This document shows, in pieces, positions 13,206-20,689 of a stretch of 32,000 bases of DNA. This DNA is from Pseudomonadota bacterium (GTDB lineage: Bacteria; Myxococcota_A; Polyangia; Polyangiales; Polyangiaceae): assembly GCA_023423895.1 (NCBI GenBank), contig JAFAER010000267.1, forward strand, positions 1 to 32,000, written 5' to 3'. The notes under the pieces were generated by a model. That model searched no databases and was not told the DNA's origin. It saw only the letters and a list, made by a program, of their open reading frames with translations. Made by a program: the position numbers and the translations under genes. Numbering within the stretch: position 1 is the stretch's first letter; each line of letters starts with the position of its first letter.

Positions 13206-13362
13206 GCTCGTCCGAGTGAAGAGAGCCTTGCGATGTGCTCGTGTGCGAAACGAGTGCCTTTTCCGTTTGGCTGGCGGCCCTTTGCCTTTCGGCGAGGTGG
13301 ACCACGTTGGATTCGAACCAACATGTCGTGCGTGTGTGGCCTGTTCGAACGGACGAACGAGC
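13206..13362 (-). ncRNA. circularly permuted tRNA-Ala-like RNA, unit 3 (YrlA/Y-RNA-like candidate)
   Basis: Minus strand read 5'->3'. Closing UCGUCCG (13356-13350), UUC, GAACAGGCC, ACACACGCA linker. T arm GUUGG-UUCGAAU-CCAAC (13322-13306), acceptor 3' strand GUGGUCC (13305-13299) followed by ACC, then an 18-nt cap GCC-GAAA-GGC. Acceptor 5' strand GGGCCGC (13280-13274, giving G3-U70), D arm GCC-AAACGGAAAA-GGC, anticodon arm CUCGU-UUCGCAC-ACGAG (CGC). It ends GGCUCUCUUC, ACU, CGGACGA (13214-13208). Confidence 0.6.
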
Positions 13363-13433
13363 TCCAGCGGAAGGAATCGAACCTTCGAATGACCGGTTAA
13401 CAGCCGGCTGCCTGACCATTCGGCTTCGCTGGA
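13363..13433 (-). tRNA. tRNA-Asn(GUU)
   Basis: Acceptor UCCAGCG/CGCUGGA (identical to the unit 2 acceptor), anticodon arm GCCGG-CUGUUAA-CCGGU, T arm GAAGG-UUCGAUU-CCUUC. Confidence 0.85.
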
Positions 13434-13587
13434 ATGTGTGCTCGTCGCGTCCGTGCGTGCTGCTGCCGTCTCGGCGAATCCGATCTCTTCCGAGGCGGGA
13501 CGACGAAGCGGTCAGCGCGCACGGACGCGACGAGCTTTTTGGCGCCAAGTTGTCAGAGAGCGAGGGACGTCGTGAGACGTCCGCGGT

Positions 13588-13657
13588 TCCGGGCACAGGA
13601 TTCGAACCTGTCTTCCTGGATTCAGAGACCAGTGTCCTGCCGCTAGACGAGCCCGGA
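13588..13657 (-). tRNA. tRNA-Gln(CUG)
   Basis: Acceptor UCCGGGC/GCCCGGA (U1-A72), D arm GUC-UAGCGGCAG-GAC, anticodon loop CUCUGAA, T arm ACAGG-UUCGAAU-CCUGU. Confidence 0.75.
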
Positions 13658-13716
13658 GCAGGAGCGGCGTGCCGAAGGCGCACGTCGCCTGTGGCCGCGT
13701 CCTTCGACGCGGCGGT

Positions 13717-13788
13717 AGGTCCGGAGGGGGTCGAACCCTCACCACCCCGATTAAGAGTCGGGTGCGCTTCCACTTGCGCTACGGACCC
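13717..13788 (-). tRNA. tRNA-Lys(CUU)
   Basis: Acceptor GGGUCCG/CGGACCU, D arm GCGC-AAGUGGAA-GCGC, anticodon arm CCCGA-CUCUUAA-UCGGG, T arm GAGGG-UUCGACC-CCCUC. Confidence 0.85.
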
Positions 13789-14092
13789 GTGACGAGAAGC
13801 GCGCGTTGCTGTTCGTGTCGGAAAGAGCGAGCGCGCCTTCGGTATTGCTTGGGCGCGCCCGACGGTCATGTCGCGTGCAAGCCGGATCCGCATGAGGATC
13901 CCGCGATGCAGCGACGTCGCCGAGTCGAAGACGAGGACGTCGAGGACCATGGGGGTCGAGCCACGCGTCGTGACCGATGCTCGGTGACGAGCGAGAGAGG
14001 GGTAGGGGAGAGAGTCGAGTCGCGAAAAGACGAGCGTGGTGTGCGCCGCCGCGACGCCAGCGACGTGTCTGCCGGCGCGCGGCGCAGGGGGG

Positions 14093-14164
14093 GGGGCGCG
14101 AGGGGGTCGAACCCTCATCCCTCGGCTTAAAAGGCCGGTGCTCGGCCGATTGAGCTAGCGCCCC
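14093..14164 (-). tRNA. tRNA-Lys(UUU), first gene of the array
   Basis: Acceptor GGGGCGC/GCGCCCC, D arm GCUC-AAUCGGCC-GAGC, anticodon loop CUUUUAA, T arm GAGGG-UUCGACC-CCCUC. Confidence 0.8.
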
Positions 14165-14903
14165 ATGAATCGCGTTTGAGAACGCGACGTGGACTTAGAT
14201 TCCTAGCTTGAGAAACATGATCGAACCTGTCGACAAAGTCGTATTGTTAGGCATGGCCGAATCGGGCCGCGCCAGTAGGGAGGATCGAACGGCGCCGAAG
14301 CGAGGAAGGCCGCTCCGGTCAGCCTTCTGTTCCGCGAGACCATGGCCCGGCGGCCTCCTCGGACGGGGCGGCGATGCCGCAGTCCGACGAGAAGGGAGCT
14401 CGAGCGCCGTCGAGGTGGCGGCGCGCCATCGGCTGATGATGCGCAGAAAATCCCGGCCCAGAAACGCCGAAGGCCACCTCGGGGACTACCCCGGGCGGCC
14501 TCTGCGAACGGCTCCGAACGATGGAGACGATACGAGGGACCGCTAGGGGTCGCCTTCCTCCTGGTTTGCGCTCGGACCGAGCGGACGAGGGGCGGCGAAC
14601 ATGCGGCTCTGGGCCTGATCGAGGCCGTCGAAGCCGCCAAGGATGGCAGGGGAGGCAGAGATGGACGGAGAGGCGGAGCGCGGGACGGAGGTCCGGCAGC
14701 TCTGGCCAGCGACGAACCCACCCGAGGTGGGTCGGCGCCACGCGCGATGCGACCGTCCCTCGGACGCGAGATACGTCACGCCGTTGCGCTCTTGCGCTCC
14801 AGCGGCCGTCCTCTTGTCTTTCAGGGAGATGATCACGCGAGTCGAACACGCCCGGGACCTCCGGAACGTGCCTCCATGTGGAGAAGGGGTTGCTGTTTCT
14901 AGA

Positions 14904-14939
14904 CGTCCCCGGCAGGAACGCCATTCAAGCTATAGCCCC
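14904..14939 (-). pseudogene. orphan tRNA fragments (tRNA-Arg 3' end fused to a tRNA 5' end)
   Basis: Plus-strand cgtccccggcaggaa (14904-14918) is identical to the 3' acceptor/T-stem of tRNA-Arg(CCU) at 11810-11824. The adjacent minus-strand GGGGCUAUAGCUUGAAUGG looks like a tRNA 5' acceptor plus D arm. No complete cloverleaf can be formed. Confidence 0.35.
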
Positions 14940-15590
14940 GATTTTTGACGGCGCAAGGATCTGAATCGAAAAAGTTTCGCTTCTCTACCCAAGCGGACGC
15001 GCGCTTCAAATGAAGTTCCTTCCAGGACTGTCCACAAAGCTCGGGGTCTTCACGCGATGAGGCGCGTTGGACGCGCCGCGAGACGTCGCGCACCAACGCG
15101 GCCGAAGCCAGCGGCGTGAACCCTACGCGGTGTGCGGGCGTGCCGTCTCGTGTCGAGCGCTGACTCGCAGAGGCCGCGAACCTTCTCGAAGTGGTGTGTT
15201 GTTCGTCGCTACAACTGAGGGCAGCCCTCCGGGTGTTCCTTCCCGCTAGCGAGGGCATCCGCCCGCGAACCTCCCGATGCTGGGTGGGAGGAGCATCGGC
15301 ATCGGCGCGATGGTGGGCTGGGCATCGGCAGACGAGCCCCCGCTCGAGCCGGCCCGCAGCGGCTCGAGACCAGCGGATGCGATGACCGGTGGCGTTTTCG
15401 GGACATTTGTCGCCCCCGCCGACATTGCTCGATCGAGGGATCTCCGTGCTCGCAGCTTCCAAGCGTCCGCAGCGGGCGTACGCCCGTCGCGCCATGGCCG
15501 CGCGCGGGACGCGGCTCCAGTCGCGCAGGATCCGATCCTCGGCGTTCCCGTCGAATCGAGCTCCGTCAACGTGATCAAAGGAGACTTCCC

Positions 15591-16811
15591 TTGAGATGTC
15601 GCATTCTCGCGGCTCTACTGGCCCTCGCATCCATCGGTGTCGCGGCGTCGTGCTCGTCCCCGGAGTCGCTGGGAAGGGGATTCGACATCGACGCAGGCGC
15701 GCCGGGAGCGTCGTTCGCGGACATGGACGCTTCGGACTCGGACTCGGACGCGGAGGTCGGCCTCACGTCCTACTGTCCGTCGAACCGATGCCCTGAGGGC
15801 AGGACGACGTGCCCGACCTCCAGCTTCCCGTGCGATGTGGACCTTCTCTCGGACAGAGAGAACTGCGGTAGGTGCGGCAACGCCTGTCAGGCCTTGGGCG
15901 GCGGAAGCACGGAGTGCGTCGAGGGACACTGCATCCTCGCTTGTCCCGCGCCACCGCGCAATATCGATTGTGACGGCCTTCCCGATAACGGCTGCGAGAC
16001 CAAGAGCGTCACCAACGAGAACTGCGGCGGATGCGGCGTCAAATGTACCGATCCGGCCAAGCCGTGCATCGATACCGGCAACGGAGTTCGATGCGGGTGC
16101 AAGGCAGGCCTGATCATGTGTCCGCATCCCGTCAGTGGCGAGCCGTCCTGTCTCGATCCTTCAGCAGACGACATGAATTGCGGCGCCTGCGGGAGGGTAT
16201 GCGATCCGGCGGGAGACGGGGCTCCGACGCCGCCGACGAATACACGTTATGGCTGCATCGGTGGTGAGTGTGGAAAAGTAAAATGTGAATCTGGGTTTAT
16301 GGACTGTGATGGCAATCCGTCCAATGGTTGCGAGACGAGCACGCTCTCGTCCGACAATTGTGGCGGTTGCGGAAACGCCTGTGCTCCCGGCCTGGAGTGC
16401 AGAGGCAACAAGGTCATGAAGCCCACGTGCTCGTGCCCTGGGGGAGAGACGTACTGTCCGTACTTCTCGATCGAGCTCGGAGAGACCACGGTCTACCTCG
16501 CTGGGACGTGCACCAATCTCGGCTCCGATCGCGACAATTGCGGCGCCTGCTTTCATGCCTGCGTTGGCGGTGGAAACACCAGCATTGCCGCCTGCACATA
16601 TGGCATGTGCACCAAGCAGTGTGTGCATGGGCGTGCGGACTGCAACGGGGATCCCTTCGACGAGTGCGAGATCGACATCGACAGCGATCCTCGAAACTGC
16701 GGCGGCTGCGGAAGGGTCTGTGACGCCATCGCCGGACAAGCATGCGTCGGCGGTCGGTGCGTGGTCGAGCCCTGTGACGACGTTCAGGACGGCGGAGAAC
16801 TCGCGCGATGA
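15591..16811 (+). CDS. cysteine-rich repeat lipoprotein (repeated D..NCG.CG..C modules)
   Basis: TTG start 7 nt after AAGGAG. Signal peptide with lipobox (GVAASC). At least seven copies of the (D/E)NCG(R/G/A)CG..C motif. Confidence 0.8.
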   Translation: MRCRILAALLALASIGVAASCSSPESLGRGFDIDAGAPGASFADMDASDSDSDAEVGLTSYCPSNRCPEGRTTCPTSSFPCDVDLLSDRENCGRCGNACQALGGGSTECVEGHCILACPAPPRNIDCDGLPDNGCETKSVTNENCGGCGVKCTDPAKPCIDTGNGVRCGCKAGLIMCPHPVSGEPSCLDPSADDMNCGACGRVCDPAGDGAPTPPTNTRYGCIGGECGKVKCESGFMDCDGNPSNGCETSTLSSDNCGGCGNACAPGLECRGNKVMKPTCSCPGGETYCPYFSIELGETTVYLAGTCTNLGSDRDNCGACFHACVGGGNTSIAACTYGMCTKQCVHGRADCNGDPFDECEIDIDSDPRNCGGCGRVCDAIAGQACVGGRCVVEPCDDVQDGGELAR

Positions 16812-18013
16812 ACAGGCGATGGCTGCTCTTCTCGATGGGGGCCGCGGCGTGCGCGTCGACGGACGCGATCCTCGACCATCACGGGGAACCGTCTGAGGGG
16901 GGGATTGTTGTGACCGACGCCGGCGCGGCGGATGCGCCCGACGCGGAAGTGGACGCAGGCCCCTGCGAGGACTGCGAGTACTTTCCCGAAGTCTGCTCCT
17001 CTGACGCGCTCTGCTCGAACGGACCGTTCGACCCCACCACGATCGGTGGCAGTCTGGACATGCGGGCGCAGGTCAACGCGATTCGAGGCCGTTCTCCGAA
17101 CGACGTCTGGATCGCTGGACCACTCGGGGCACTCGCCCACTTCGATGGGACCTCGTGGGCGCGGTCGGATCTCGGTCGCCAAGAAACGCTTCGAGGGCTA
17201 TGGCTTCGCGACTCGGTCGAGATCGCTCTCGGTCTCCCGGTCTCCTACGAGGATAGGCTCCGCGTCTACGCGCGTGGGTCGGCCGCTCCGGACGGAGGAG
17301 TGTCGCCTTCGGCCGATGGCTGGAAAGCCTTCTCCGCCCCGATCCCCCCGATCAGCCTCTTTACCATCGAGTCGACCTGCGCGTGGGGAGCTCCGGGAGC
17401 AGAGTCGCTCTGGATCGCGATCCAGATGTCCGAAGCTCTGACTGAAAGCCACGGCGGCTTACTGCGCATGCGCGTATCGGCGTCCTCGGCGTTCGAGCTC
17501 GAGGCTGTTCCGCAAGTCGTGTGCGGGCCGGAATGCAACCGGATGAAGGGCGTTCACGGCGCCTCGGCGAACGACGTGTGGGCCGTGGGCGTGAGCGGGA
17601 TGACGATGCGCGTTGCGGATGCGGAGAGCGAGACCCCGCGCGCCACGATCTACGACAGCCGGACCTGGAACACCCTCAACGCGGTCTGGGCAGCGTCCGA
17701 TACGGAAGCCTGGTCGGTCGGCGCAGCGGGGACCATCCGCCACTATGCCGGGCGTCCGCTCGAATGGGACGTCGTCCCGGACGTCCCGACGACCGTCGCG
17801 CTCAACGCCGTTTGGGGCTCGTCGTCCTCGGACGTGTGGGCCGTCGGCGACGAAGGCGTCGTCCTTCACTACGACGGGAAGAGCTGGTCACGCGTGAAGA
17901 TCGCGGGTCTCGGCGCACGGCGTCCCAAGCTCACCGCCGTCTGGGTTCCGGCCCCGGGACACGTCTGGATTGGCGGGCAAGGTGTGTTTCTTTCCCTCGG
18001 AGGGAAGTCATGA
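16808..18013 (+). CDS. secreted beta-propeller-like repeat protein
   Basis: ATGA start/stop overlap with the upstream gene, signal/lipobox (GAAAC). Recurrent blade-like motifs: NDVWIAGPLGALAHFDGTSW, NDVWAVGVSG, TEAWSVGAAGTIRHY, SDVWAVGDEGVVLHYDGKSW. Confidence 0.75.
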   Translation: MNRRWLLFSMGAAACASTDAILDHHGEPSEGGIVVTDAGAADAPDAEVDAGPCEDCEYFPEVCSSDALCSNGPFDPTTIGGSLDMRAQVNAIRGRSPNDVWIAGPLGALAHFDGTSWARSDLGRQETLRGLWLRDSVEIALGLPVSYEDRLRVYARGSAAPDGGVSPSADGWKAFSAPIPPISLFTIESTCAWGAPGAESLWIAIQMSEALTESHGGLLRMRVSASSAFELEAVPQVVCGPECNRMKGVHGASANDVWAVGVSGMTMRVADAESETPRATIYDSRTWNTLNAVWAASDTEAWSVGAAGTIRHYAGRPLEWDVVPDVPTTVALNAVWGSSSSDVWAVGDEGVVLHYDGKSWSRVKIAGLGARRPKLTAVWVPAPGHVWIGGQGVFLSLGGKS

Positions 18014-19296
18014 GAGCTTCGTCCGTGCTCGCCGCGTTCGGCGCTTCCGCGCTGGCCGCCACCGCCGTTGTCGCGTGTGCGGCTTCAGAAAGCGATGAGC
18101 AGCCGTCTCGCGATGGCGGGCGAGCGGAGACGGTACCCGACGCTGCCGTGGACGACGTCGAGGCGTCGGTCGACGCCTCCGCCGGCGGACGGGTCTGCAG
18201 CGCGGCGGGCTGGTGCGAAACCTCGTTGCCCGACGAGCACCTGACGCTGGTCGATGTCTGGCCTCTCGTGGGGCACGCCTTCGCCATTGCCGAGAGTCCG
18301 AGCCTCGGAGTCAAAGTTCTCGAGTGGAGCGAGGTGGAAGCCAAGTGGGCATACATCGACGACTCCACTCAGAACGAACCGGGCTCGGGTGCCTATGGGG
18401 GAAAGATATGGGCGCCCAGCGAGAACGAAGTCTACTTCGGAGTCGCGCCTGGATACATCTATCGTGGGACGCGGTCCAGCTCACCCAAGACAGCGTGGAC
18501 CTGGACGCGCGAGCGGCTACAGGACAACGGGCAGGTCGGTGACATCGCCGATTGGGTGCACGGCCACACCGTGAGCGGGCGCTCCCTCGTGCTGGGTGTG
18601 TGGGGAACGAGCGAAAGCGACGTCTACGCTTGGTTCAAGAATACGATCTATCGCCGAAGGACCAGCGGTGGCGCGCCGGAATGGCTGCCCGAGCACGTCG
18701 CAGACGACTTTGACGACGGTGCCGAGCACCTGTTTTTCCTGAGCGCCGCCGGGACGAAGCCAGGTGACATCTGGTTCTCCGGGGCACGATCGCGAGTCTC
18801 CTCGGGATGTGCGCTCCTCGTGCGCAAGACCGATGCAGGTTACGAGCGTATCGCGGATGGAACGGCGTCGGACTCCGCATGCACGCCGAGAGCGGGAGCG
18901 TTGATGATCGGAGGCACCGAAGGGCGGCTTACCGATCTGCAAGCGGTCGCCGCGGACCACTTCGTCGCGCTCAAGGGCGCTCGCGATGCGGTGAGGATCA
19001 AGGCCGTCGGCGACAGCTACGTGATCGACGTCACCTCTGGTCCGGGGCCTTCGGTCGGCGTGGCGGATGGGGAGCCGTTCACCTCCCTGTGGAGCACGGC
19101 GGGGACCGTCTGGTTCACCGCCTCCGGGCTCGTCGTTCGAGGCACCGACCCTTGGGGCGGAGGCAAGTATGAAGTCTCGACGATCGCGCTGATGGGCGCC
19201 CCGATCGGCAAGCGCGTCTACCAGGTTCGAGGAACGTCGCAATCCAACCTATGGGCAATCGGTGAACACTTTGCGCTCCACAAGACAGCTCCTTGA
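18010..19296 (+). CDS. secreted propeller-like lipoprotein (paralogous architecture to the previous gene)
   Basis: ATG 18010 overlaps the upstream stop (ATGA). Signal peptide MRASSVLAAFGASALAATAVVAC. Motifs NEVYFGV, SDVYAWF, GDIWFSGA, TVWFTASG, SNLWAIGEHF. The upstream part of the long ORF (17521-) is an artefact. Confidence 0.7.
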   Translation: MRASSVLAAFGASALAATAVVACAASESDEQPSRDGGRAETVPDAAVDDVEASVDASAGGRVCSAAGWCETSLPDEHLTLVDVWPLVGHAFAIAESPSLGVKVLEWSEVEAKWAYIDDSTQNEPGSGAYGGKIWAPSENEVYFGVAPGYIYRGTRSSSPKTAWTWTRERLQDNGQVGDIADWVHGHTVSGRSLVLGVWGTSESDVYAWFKNTIYRRRTSGGAPEWLPEHVADDFDDGAEHLFFLSAAGTKPGDIWFSGARSRVSSGCALLVRKTDAGYERIADGTASDSACTPRAGALMIGGTEGRLTDLQAVAADHFVALKGARDAVRIKAVGDSYVIDVTSGPGPSVGVADGEPFTSLWSTAGTVWFTASGLVVRGTDPWGGGKYEVSTIALMGAPIGKRVYQVRGTSQSNLWAIGEHFALHKTAP

Positions 19297-20689
19297 TCGG
19301 TATTGCGCGCGGTTCGGCGCGCGGCGATCTCTCCGGGATCGACCGGAGCTCGGCTTGGCGCGTCGGGAGCTCGTACGATTCGGCTCACTCGTCGCGGTGC
19401 TGCTCGCTGCCTGCGCGGCGACGACGGGCGTTCTCACCAGCTGTTCGAGTGACGACCCGGCGGCCGACGCCGGGGCAGGCGATTCCGGGCTCGAGGGCTC
19501 GGTGACGGCCGACGGTGCGGTGTCCGACGGCGGGCCGGTGGATCCGCCGCCGCGTGATGCGGCACCGTTCGACGGAGGGCCCTTGCCGGTCGTCTGCGGA
19601 TCCTCGCCATGCGCGACGTCGCTCGTGACGACGACCTCGCTCGCGGACGATCAAGAGGAGGGCTTCTGCGCCTTGCTGAGCGACGGCACGGTTGCGTGCT
19701 GGGGCGCCAATGGGCTCGGCCAGCTCGGTCGTGGTGACGATGCGGGGGTGGCGGGTAGCGTGAAGCCAGCCCGGGTCGTAGGTCTCAGCGACGTCGTCCG
19801 GCTGGAACACACCTGTGCTCTCGACAAGAGTGGGGCGACGTGGTGCTGGGGGCAGGGGGCGTACCTTCGGACGGACGCTGGCGGCCTCACGACGGAGCCT
19901 ACGCCCGTGCAGCTTCCGCTTCCACCTGCGACGGCGATCAGCGTCGGCGGAGGCGTCGGCTGTGTGCTGAGCGACGGCGGTGTTCTCTGCTGGGGAAGCA
20001 ACGCACGAGGTCAGCTTGCGCCGTCCGACACCGCTCCTCCCGAGGCCGAGCTACCGCCGACGGAGATCGTCATCCCTCCGGGCGCTCCGCTCCGGAGCGT
20101 CGCCGTCGGCGAGGCGACGTTCGTCCTCCGCGAGGACGGCACCGCGTTGAGCTGGGGAGCACGCCACGCGATCGGGCGCATGTCCTCGCTCAGTCCCGAT
20201 TCGTATCCGAAGCCCGTCGGACTGACGGGAGTATCGTCGATCGACCTGACGATCTCTCTCGGGAAGACGGGGCGGGCGTGCGCGACCGCCGCCGGGATCG
20301 GCTACTGCTGGACGGGACGAGCGGGATACCAGGAGGGGGCCCTCGCTCACGCCCTCCCCAGACCGGTCGTGGCGTCCGAGCCGCTCGTCCAGATCGCCAC
20401 GGCGGAGCAGGGGCGCTGGTGTGCGGTCGGGGCATCCGGCAGCGTGTACTGCTGGGGGCTCAATTCGAGCGGTCAGGCGGGGGACGGCACGAAGGAGTAC
20501 GCGTACGAGGCGGTCAAGGTCGAGGGACTTCCGGCGCCTGCGGCCGAAGTAAGGACGACCCCGAGCTCCACGTGTGCACTGTTGACGAACGGCAAAGTCT
20601 ATTGCTTCGGAGCGAACTCTTTCGGACAGCTCGGAAGCGGTATGTACAAGGTTCCGAGTCTCGTTCCAAAGGAAGTGGTGCTGCCATGA
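19262..20689 (+). CDS. RCC1-repeat (alpha-tubulin suppressor-like) lipoprotein
   Basis: Repeats CWGANGLGQLGRGD, CWGSNARGQLAP, CWGLNSSGQAGDG, CFGANSFGQLGSG. Lipobox LTSC after a hydrophobic segment. The true start may be TTG 19355, because 19262 overlaps the upstream gene. Confidence 0.8.
   Translation: MNTLRSTRQLLDRYCARFGARRSLRDRPELGLARRELVRFGSLVAVLLAACAATTGVLTSCSSDDPAADAGAGDSGLEGSVTADGAVSDGGPVDPPPRDAAPFDGGPLPVVCGSSPCATSLVTTTSLADDQEEGFCALLSDGTVACWGANGLGQLGRGDDAGVAGSVKPARVVGLSDVVRLEHTCALDKSGATWCWGQGAYLRTDAGGLTTEPTPVQLPLPPATAISVGGGVGCVLSDGGVLCWGSNARGQLAPSDTAPPEAELPPTEIVIPPGAPLRSVAVGEATFVLREDGTALSWGARHAIGRMSSLSPDSYPKPVGLTGVSSIDLTISLGKTGRACATAAGIGYCWTGRAGYQEGALAHALPRPVVASEPLVQIATAEQGRWCAVGASGSVYCWGLNSSGQAGDGTKEYAYEAVKVEGLPAPAAEVRTTPSSTCALLTNGKVYCFGANSFGQLGSGMYKVPSLVPKEVVLP

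Noticed and set aside
12408-13362. Two-piece (permuted) tmRNA as the explanation for the permuted units
   Set aside because: The units are only 157-216 nt. They keep a normal D arm and an anticodon-like hairpin. They lack pseudoknots and any resume codon or tag reading frame ending in a stop, and there are three divergent copies.
12408-13362. Functional circularly permuted tRNA genes of the Cyanidioschyzon type (matured via circularisation)
   Set aside because: The closing stem has opposed 3x3 loops rather than a bulge-helix-bulge motif. Joining the ends would leave tens of nucleotides in the variable region, and two units have 6-nt loops. The Y-RNA-like mimic interpretation fits better, but this cannot be excluded without RNA data.
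12844-14118. 424-aa minus-strand ORF (and similar ORFs 5521-6549, 7717-8637, 8783-9412, 9108-9812 and others) across the array
   Set aside because: They run straight through multiple tRNA cloverleaves and spacers and are Arg/Ser/Pro/Gly-rich with no motifs. Long stop-free frames are expected at about 70% GC.
8050-14170. Regularly spaced GGAATCGAACC / GGAGTCGCACC repeats that could be mistaken for a CRISPR or other repeat array
   Set aside because: Every copy is the T arm of a foldable tRNA-like unit. The repeat spacing (70-120 nt) and the flanking acceptor complementarity fit tRNA genes, not repeat-spacer units. No cas genes are present.
14203-15630. Overlapping ORFs of 172-243 aa on both strands
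   Set aside because: They are mutually overlapping, Arg/Pro/Ala-rich, with no start-site signals or motifs. The region is treated as non-coding pending a homology search.
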